From a virus (lineage: Duplodnaviria; Caudoviricetes): 30,846 nt of DNA. Made by a program: the position numbers and the translations under genes. This document shows positions 23,866 through 30,846 of this stretch, piece by piece. The stretch's first letter is position 1; every line of letters begins with the position of its first letter. The stretch is from positions 1 through 30,846 of IMG/VR virus record IMGVR_UViG_3300033420_000029. The stretch is one strand, 5' to 3'. The notes beneath the pieces are model-generated. The model saw only the letters and a program-made list of their open reading frames with translations, made no database searches and was not told where the DNA came from.

Positions 23866-26490
23866 ATGCCAGTTTTATATAACTTTGGAACTAAAAAAGT
23901 TGAAAAAGTTGATGATGAAAATGTACAGTCATTAGTTTCATCGGGTAATTATGGATTTAGAAAAGGTGTGCAGATACCTGCAATTACTCCTGATGGACAG
24001 AAAGTCTACTTAGCTCCTGAAGAAGTATCACAAGCATTTAATGCAGGTTATACTTATGAAACTCCACAATTAACTAAACAAATAGCAGCTCATGATATTG
24101 CGGCAAGTAAAGCAGAGGCTTTTGATTCTCCAATAACAGCAGCAATTGCAGGTGGACTTCGTGGTGCTACCCTTGGTTTATCTGACGTCGCAGGCGCCGC
24201 TGTTGGTTTAGGCGAAGAGCTTTCAGACCTTAAAGCAATTAATCCTGGCGCCTCTTTAACGGGGGAAATCACAGGTGGTATTCTTGGAACCGTTGCAAGT
24301 CTGACTCCTGTTGGAGCTGTTGCAAAAGGTGCTGGATTAGCTGCTAAGGCAGTAGCAAATCCAATTACAAAGGCAATCATAGCCCCAACTATTGAAGGTG
24401 CTGCTCAGGGCGTTGCAAACGTTGTTTCGCAAGCTGCGTTATCTGACCCAGATTTAAATATGACACATGCTATCCAGGAAATTGGATTAGGTGGCGTTTT
24501 AGGCGCTGGGTTCGGTGCAGTTGGGAAGGGGGTATCGTACTCTTGGGATAAGCTTAAAAGTGCTGCTGCAAGCCTTAAAATGGGTGATAAAGTAAATAAA
24601 TCACTTGCCCAGGTAACGAACTTAATTAAAAATGTAGCTCCTGAAGATAAGCAGTCAGTTATTGAAGCATTTACAAATAAGTCTGATTTAACTTATCAGG
24701 CGTTAACTAATCCAAAGAAAGTTACTGAATTAGCAGCTGACTCATTTCAGCAACTAGATGATGTAAATCGCCAATTAGACAGTCTTTCAATGGGATTAAG
24801 AAAAGAATTCAGAGACCAATTAGAAGATGTAGTTACCCCACAAATATCAAATTCAGTTAGTCAAATATCTGGCAAGATGCAATCTGTAATTAATAAAATG
24901 GAAAATAGGCCAGCTTTGTATGAACCAAAATTTCTCGAAGTACTAAAAGAATTCAAGAATCAAATTGATAATACTATGTCGTCTACTAAAGAAAAAGTGT
25001 TAACAACTAAGGGTAAAGTTCCTGAATTCTTTGGAGAGGGTTCTATTATTCCTGAAGATATTGTTGATGTAATTAAGCCAACATTATCTCAAGGGCAAGT
25101 ACATGAACTTATAAATAATACTAGAACCCAGTTAGATCAATATTTAAGATTTGGTTTAGAAGTAAGTAAAGGATCTGCTAAAGCTACTGAAGAATTAATG
25201 CAAGATGTTCGCTCTATGATGCAAGAGCATCTAAGAAATACTAAATTATATGGTGAGTTTGGTGATGCTTATAATGATATAAACAAAGCATATTCATTTA
25301 GTAAGAATATTCAAGATGAGTTTAAGAAGTCATTTAAATCTGAAGTAGTAGACTTATCAGGAGTTAAGAAATACGTTATAGATAATAATAAAATAGATTT
25401 ATTTATGCGAAATCCTGAAGCAATGCGAAACTTTAAAAAGGACGCAATTTTAAGTAATGCTGAACAGATACCTAAAGTTTATACAGACTTATTAAATAAA
25501 TATGTTAGAGATCCAGAATTAGCACAAACACTTTTAGCAGATACTAATGCATTAACTAAAGGATTAGATGATTTAAAAGACTCTAGAACTTTAGCAGTAT
25601 TAATGAACTCTTTGGAATCTAAAACAGGTAGAAGCTTAGCAGGCATGGCAATTGGGGCTTCAGTTGGCGGCATATCAGCAGGCCCTGTTGGTGCAGCTGC
25701 AGGATTCTTATTAGGTAATCCAGTTACTACTTTTAAATATATTAAAGCACTTGAGAAAAATGGATTATCAGGTCAAAAGAAATTAGTTGATTCTGTGAAT
25801 AGTTTTGTTGGTAAGTCTACAATACCGAACAGCTTTAAAGGTATTAAAAACGTTACAACTAAAGAACTTATAAAAGCATTTAACACGGATGATGATAAGT
25901 CTGAAGATTACTCAACAGATAAATTGAAGTCAGTTTTAGATAGCACTATGAATAATATTGAGCCAATACTTAATAAAATTGATAGATATAATCCAAGGAT
26001 GAATGAAGACTTTGAGGATCATTATGTTGCTTTAGCTAATATGAGTCAACAAGCTGCTAGTTTTCTTAATAGTAAATTACCAGCTAAGTCTCAAAATGCT
26101 TTGTTTCCTACTAAAATTAGGATGACTAAATCTGAAGAACAAAGATTTAATGCATATGCAACGGCCACAATGTATCCAGAAACATTCTTAAAAGAAATTG
26201 CAAGTGGAAGGGCTAAACCTGAAACAATTGAAGCTATTCAGTCAGTTTATCCTAGATTTTATGAAGAAGTTAGGTCAGAAATGTTTAACGCAGTAGTGGA
26301 TAATAATAACGTTCCATATCAACGTAAAATGCAGATGGCTAAAATATTTAATATGCCTACTACTGTTGCTCTTGAGCATTTACAAAGCTTACAAGATCAA
26401 TATTTAAGTGAGCCAGTTAAACCTAATGGTGGTAATATGAAGTCTATGGCCCAAAGCGCAGAAACATCATTGCAATCGATACAGGCATAA
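23866..26490 (+). CDS. Large putative DNA ejection protein
   Basis: 874 aa; RGATLGLSD motif and Gly/Ala-rich membrane-inserting-like segments. Confidence 0.6.
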   Translation: MPVLYNFGTKKVEKVDDENVQSLVSSGNYGFRKGVQIPAITPDGQKVYLAPEEVSQAFNAGYTYETPQLTKQIAAHDIAASKAEAFDSPITAAIAGGLRGATLGLSDVAGAAVGLGEELSDLKAINPGASLTGEITGGILGTVASLTPVGAVAKGAGLAAKAVANPITKAIIAPTIEGAAQGVANVVSQAALSDPDLNMTHAIQEIGLGGVLGAGFGAVGKGVSYSWDKLKSAAASLKMGDKVNKSLAQVTNLIKNVAPEDKQSVIEAFTNKSDLTYQALTNPKKVTELAADSFQQLDDVNRQLDSLSMGLRKEFRDQLEDVVTPQISNSVSQISGKMQSVINKMENRPALYEPKFLEVLKEFKNQIDNTMSSTKEKVLTTKGKVPEFFGEGSIIPEDIVDVIKPTLSQGQVHELINNTRTQLDQYLRFGLEVSKGSAKATEELMQDVRSMMQEHLRNTKLYGEFGDAYNDINKAYSFSKNIQDEFKKSFKSEVVDLSGVKKYVIDNNKIDLFMRNPEAMRNFKKDAILSNAEQIPKVYTDLLNKYVRDPELAQTLLADTNALTKGLDDLKDSRTLAVLMNSLESKTGRSLAGMAIGASVGGISAGPVGAAAGFLLGNPVTTFKYIKALEKNGLSGQKKLVDSVNSFVGKSTIPNSFKGIKNVTTKELIKAFNTDDDKSEDYSTDKLKSVLDSTMNNIEPILNKIDRYNPRMNEDFEDHYVALANMSQQAASFLNSKLPAKSQNALFPTKIRMTKSEEQRFNAYATATMYPETFLKEIASGRAKPETIEAIQSVYPRFYEEVRSEMFNAVVDNNNVPYQRKMQMAKIFNMPTTVALEHLQSLQDQYLSEPVKPNGGNMKSMAQSAETSLQSIQA

Positions 26491-26567
26491 GTCATACTCC
26501 CCTTAGAGTTCAAAACGGATTTTGAGCCCTAGCCTAATCATGGCGAACCTACCAAGGGAGGGATTTT

Positions 26568-26915
26568 ATGAGTTCACAAAAGGCCGTATTAAAGCCTTAT
26601 CAATTATTTAATGCCAATAGCATGTCTGCAGACGCAACATCATCTGAAGTTTATCTTCACGGTGTAGACACTGCTTTTATAACTGTCGATTGGAATACTT
26701 CAACAGCAGCCGGTGCTATTACAGTTGAGGTTCTTTATGACAATACTATATTGTTTGTGCCACTAAATTTTTCTTCTGCAATTGCAATAAGTGGCTCATC
26801 AGGAGCTCATCAAATTAAACTTCGCGAAATTCCATTTACAAAAATACGCGTAAAATATACGCGAACAAGTGGAAGCGGTGTTTTAAATTGTTGGATTCAA
26901 GGTAAAGGAGTTTAA
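26568..26915 (+). CDS. Hypothetical beta-rich virion protein
   Basis: 115 aa, GGGAGG SD, IRVKYTRTSGSG motif. Confidence 0.6.
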   Translation: MSSQKAVLKPYQLFNANSMSADATSSEVYLHGVDTAFITVDWNTSTAAGAITVEVLYDNTILFVPLNFSSAIAISGSSGAHQIKLREIPFTKIRVKYTRTSGSGVLNCWIQGKGV

Positions 26916-26917
26916 TT

Positions 26918-27346
26918 ATGACGACGTTTATATGGCCTGTTGATAACATAACTACAACTATTTCAGGTGGAGCTACAGAAGTAACATTAGCAGCAATTCT
27001 TGTAGATACTTCATCAATTGATGGAAAAATAACTGCATGTGACACTACTGCATTAGCATTAGAATCAGGTGGTAATTTAGAAACTATTGCTGGCGATACA
27101 ACTAGCATAGACAATAAGATTCCTGCTCTATGGGATACAGATAAGATGCCAGTTAATGTTATGAATACTGACTTACCGCTTCGTTATGACACTCAAGAGT
27201 ATACTGATGCTGCAACTTCTATAACAATAGTTTATAAATTAGCTACATCTACACGAATGACGAGAGTAATTACTTGGTTTGATGCAGCAGCTAAAACTGC
27301 AGGTAATTTGCCATTAACTAATGTAGTAACATTGGCAGGTGCATAA
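26918..27346 (+). CDS. Hypothetical virion protein
   Basis: 142 aa, AAGGAG SD, GGATEVTL motif. Confidence 0.55.
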   Translation: MTTFIWPVDNITTTISGGATEVTLAAILVDTSSIDGKITACDTTALALESGGNLETIAGDTTSIDNKIPALWDTDKMPVNVMNTDLPLRYDTQEYTDAATSITIVYKLATSTRMTRVITWFDAAAKTAGNLPLTNVVTLAGA

Positions 27347-27348
27347 TT

Positions 27349-30300
27349 ATGGCAAACCCAAGTAAAATTATATATGATGCAATGTTGGGAAGTTTAGCAA
27401 CTGTACCTAATACTGACGCTGAAGGATTAACGTTTAATGCACCAATAATTAGCAATGTAGTACCTGTAAGTCCCGCTACTGGGCAAATGTGGATGGGTAA
27501 CACATTAAATATAAAAGTCGAGGGTGGAACTCTACAAGTTGGCGAAGAAAACTATTTAAATGTTATCAATAAAACTGGAAGTATTATTCCAGATGGAACG
27601 TTTATTTATACTTCTGGTGTTGATAGTGGATACCCTAAAGCAGTATTAGCTCAAGCAAATACTTTAATGGCACATAATACTCTAGCTATAACTACAAATG
27701 AAATTGCAATTAATGCAGTGTCTAATACTACAACATTGGGACTTGTCCATGATTTAAACACTAATGTAGACTCAGAAGGTCATACAGTAACTGCAGGAGA
27801 TGAAATCTGGTTATCAGCTACTGTTGCTGGCGGATGGACTAATGTTGAACCTTATGCTCCAAGTTATAGCGTTTCATTAGGTAATGTAACAGTTAAAGAC
27901 GCAACGGTTGGAGAAATATTAGTTAATATTCAGACTAATAATGCAAGAGATTTAGCAATTGTAAATAAAGATCCAACAGGATTTGATAATCCTGCGAATG
28001 TAGTTATTTCTTATGATGAAACTACTCAGGAAGTAACTATTTCAGGAAGTAATTGGAAAGCATACTGGAGAGGCAAAGAAGTAATAGAACTTTCATCGCC
28101 AATTACTCCAATAGCTCATGATAATGTATTAGGACATACTTACTTTTTATATTGGGATGGTACTGGAATTAATGGTGGATTTAATTGGTCTACAGATGCT
28201 TTTCCGGGATTTGATAAAGTACTTATTGCATATGTTTACTATCGTACTGGTGTAATATTCTGTAATCGCGAATGCCATGGTCTAATGGATTGGCGTGCGC
28301 ATCAAGAATTTCATGAAACAGCTGGATCATATTTATACTCTGGAGGCCAACTAACAGCGGGTACTTATGTATTAAATCCTACTGCAGCAACTCACACAAC
28401 AGCACAAAATACCTATGGTACAGAAATAGCGGTAATTAAAGACGAAGATTTACCAACTAGTATTCCAGCTTGGATTGAAGGAACTTACACAACTGGATAT
28501 AGAAGCGGAGCAGCTGGCGACTGGATATTTAGCACAGTAGCAACGGTTCCGTACCATGTTAGTGGCGGAAATATAATTCAATATAATCAGAATACTGGTG
28601 TTACTTGGCAGTTAACTGATGTTCCAGAGGATAATTACTACAATACTTATGTATTTTATGTTCCTGTTTCTTCAGATGCTAATTCACAAAAGTACAGAGA
28701 ATTAGTTATACCTGGACAACAAATATCAACTACATTAGCAGGAGCATTAACACAAAGTACTCTTAATTTAGATGTTGGAAACTTAAGAAATATATTTTTA
28801 GAGTCTTTTCCATATATTCGCCTTACATGGCTAAGAAATTCCAGTGGTACTGGATCTTATCCTGCAGGAGTTGTTGGAAGATGTGCTATAGTAAATATCA
28901 CTTATAATTCTGGAAGTTCTAAATCTCTTATTTTAGCATCAGGATTAACACCAGGTGACCATGGAACTTTAACAGGTAGAACTAATCCAGATTCACATCC
29001 TACAGCTGCCATAAGCACTGTAATAACTAATTTTGATGGCATTCTATCTGCAACTGATTTAGATGTTCAATTAGCTTTGGATACTTTAGATAATTATTCG
29101 CATGACGCAAGCTTTAAAGTTATTTCTCAAGCTGCCCCAACGAAGATTTTAAATGTTTCCGTATCTGGTAATACAGCAGGTGCTACAACTACGATTGCAA
29201 CCGCTCAGACAACCTCTAAGACTTATACAATTCCTGATGCAAATATGAGTGAATTTGTAATGAGTGAAAGTAACTCAACAATTAATGGAGTTAAGACTTT
29301 TGGAACTGTGCCAACACTACCTGTTCAGAATGCTAATAAAGCATTTATGGGCCCCATAAGCGGGACTGATGCTGTGCCTGCTTTTAGGCCTCTTGTGACA
29401 GGAGATATTCCATCGTCTGATAACCTAGCTAATATTTGGGGTGATTGTGAAGCTGCTTTAGCTACTCCACAAGCAAGGGATGCTTTAGATAATACTACAG
29501 CAAGGACTGATACCTGGGCTTATCCAACTGGAGGAAATGCTCCGGAAGTAGATACTATAAATGAATTATTTGGGGCTCAATCAGTAAAGAAAACAATTAG
29601 TGGGACAGCTGATTTCTTTGAAACAAGATTATTTACAGTTCCTAAAGGTTATTTAGGAAAAGCACTAAACATAAGCTTTTTAATTAATACTAGCACTATG
29701 ACTTTAACTACTGAATATATTATTAAAGTTAACAGGTATAATTCAGCTGGAGAATGGAAAGAAACTATTACTGTTCAAGGAAGTAATTTCTTAGGTATTG
29801 GTACTTGGAATGGATTTTTCATTGCAGGAAATACTGTAACAGATTTATATTCAATAGTTATTTCAGCAACAGCTGCAACCGCAACTACCCCAACAATTGT
29901 AGTAGACTCCTTTTACATTGGCCAGAAGAGTTTAGCAGTTGGTGCGGCGATTACTGATTGGATTCCTTTTGTTCCCACTGGATCATGGACTACTAATACA
30001 ACATATGCCGGTTGGAAAAAGCAAGTTAGCGATTCTATAGGATACCAAGTAAAAATAAGTTTAGCAGGTGGGCCAACAGCGGCAGCATTACTTATTAATT
30101 TACCCGCTGGAGATGTTATAGATATTACAAAAATAGATGCAGATACAACTAATTATGCTCTTGGGGCTTGTTGGATATTGTGTGCAGGTGTTGAATATAA
30201 AGGAGAAGTGGGATATTACTCCTCAACACAAGTGCAAATTGTTTGGATAACACAACCTGCTTTAGGGTTAGGAAATAGTACAGTAAATGCTACTGCTCCT

Positions 30301-30846
30301 GGAATTTTTACTACTAATGATGAAGTCCACCTTAATTTTTCTGTCCCAATCGTCGGCAAATCCTCCGGCGTCACGATGCTTAATTCGGATAGAGTGAAGA
30401 GTGTTGTTAGGTATGCTTCATCTTCAGGACAAGATTTTGCTTCAGGTGTTACAGAAATAGTTCAATTTGATACAAAAGTTTATGATACAAAGTCTGAAGT
30501 AATCACGGGTGCGGCGTGGAAATTCACTGCCAAGACATCAGGATATTATAGAGTAGAAGTGAAAGTTACATTTAATACAGGTGGAACCGCTTGGGCTGTA
30601 GATTCATCTTGTCTCATGTCTCTGTATAAAAATACAAGTACCCAAGTATCAATCCTTGCAAGAAAAAATGGTTTAGTTGGAGATTATTTAAATGATGTAT
30701 CTGGACAAGATACTATTTATTTAAATGCCGGCGAATTTATTCATGTAGAAATTAATCAGTTTGCAGGAACAAAAACACTAGCACCTAATGTTTTATACAA
30801 TTTTATAGAAATAGAACAGCTAACTGACCGCGATGCCTTGGCGGCA
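27349..30846 (+). CDS. Long modular tail fibre / receptor-binding protein (at least 1166 aa, runs off window)
   Basis: ATG 27349; no stop seen in the parts read, and absence from the ORF track is consistent with no stop in the window. LQVGEE...V.NKTG..I..G N-terminal module; C1q-like domain near 30400-30820. Confidence 0.75.
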   Translation, partial: MANPSKIIYDAMLGSLATVPNTDAEGLTFNAPIISNVVPVSPATGQMWMGNTLNIKVEGGTLQVGEENYLNVINKTGSIIPDGTFIYTSGVDSGYPKAVLAQANTLMAHNTLAITTNEIAINAVSNTTTLGLVHDLNTNVDSEGHTVTAGDEIWLSATVAGGWTNVEPYAPSYSVSLGNVTVKDATVGEILVNIQTNNARDLAIVNKDPTGFDNPANVVISYDETTQEVTISGSNWKAYWRGKEVIELSSPITPIAHDNVLGHTYFLYWDGTGINGGFNWSTDAFPGFDKVLIAYVYYRTGVIFCNRECHGLMDWRAHQEFHETAGSYLYSGGQLTAGTYVLNPTAATHTTAQNTYGTEIAVIKDEDLPTSIPAWIEGTYTTGYRSGAAGDWIFSTVATVPYHVSGGNIIQYNQNTGVTWQLTDVPEDNYYNTYVFYVPVSSDANSQKYRELVIPGQQISTTLAGALTQSTLNLDVGNLRNIFLESFPYIRLTWLRNSSGTGSYPAGVVGRCAIVNITYNSGSSKSLILASGLTPGDHGTLTGRTNPDSHPTAAISTVITNFDGILSATDLDVQLALDTLDNYSHDASFKVISQAAPTKILNVSVSGNTAGATTTIATAQTTSKTYTIPDANMSEFVMSESNSTINGVKTFGTVPTLPVQNANKAFMGPISGTDAVPAFRPLVTGDIPSSDNLANIWGDCEAALATPQARDALDNTTARTDTWAYPTGGNAPEVDTINELFGAQSVKKTISGTADFFETRLFTVPKGYLGKALNISFLINTSTMTLTTEYIIKVNRYNSAGEWKETITVQGSNFLGIGTWNGFFIAGNTVTDLYSIVISATAATATTPTIVVDSFYIGQKSLAVGAAITDWIPFVPTGSWTTNTTYAGWKKQVSDSIGYQVKISLAGGPTAAALLINLPAGDVIDITKIDADTTNYALGACWILCAGVEYKGEVGYYSSTQVQIVWITQPALGLGNSTVNATAPGIFTTNDEVHLNFSVPIVGKSSGVTMLNSDRVKSVVRYASSSGQDFASGVTEIVQFDTKVYDTKSEVITGAAWKFTAKTSGYYRVEVKVTFNTGGTAWAVDSSCLMSLYKNTSTQVSILARKNGLVGDYLNDVSGQDTIYLNAGEFIHVEINQFAGTKTLAPNVLYNFIEIEQLTDRDALAA

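Noticed and set aside
1095-27503. Other short overlapping ORFs in the track (1095, 3009, 5893, 7148, 8949, 10237, 11584, 16453, 21662, 24090, 25479, 26836, 27318)
   Set aside because: Shadows of well-supported genes with no motifs, unlike the HNH ORF.
27349-30846. Diversity-generating retroelement target in the tail fibre
   Set aside because: No reverse transcriptase or TR/VR pair seen in the window; sequence beyond the end is not visible.

Overview
About 31 kb of an AT-rich tailed dsDNA phage or prophage with a podovirus/P22-like gene order; both ends cut through genes. The minus-strand left arm carries a VRR-NUC nuclease, a DUF669-type SSB, a Sak4/AAA_24 ATPase and an excisionase-like HTH. 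The plus strand carries a Prim-Pol/PriCT-2 primase, an iteron-rich putative origin and a cluster of small accessory genes behind a sigma54-type promoter motif. Next come a GNAT-like gene, ParB-like protein, adenine methyltransferase, TerS, TerL, portal, scaffold, capsid, decoration protein, Rha, adaptor, nozzle, three ejection-type proteins and a long tail fibre. The standout is TerL, interrupted at its nuclease motif by a 311-aa intein (10121-11053). Its endonuclease slot holds a complete HNH/zinc-finger gene in a different reading frame (10381-10998), with its own ribosome-binding site and stop codon, while the intein frame stays open across it. All family assignments come from motif recognition by eye; no database search was run.
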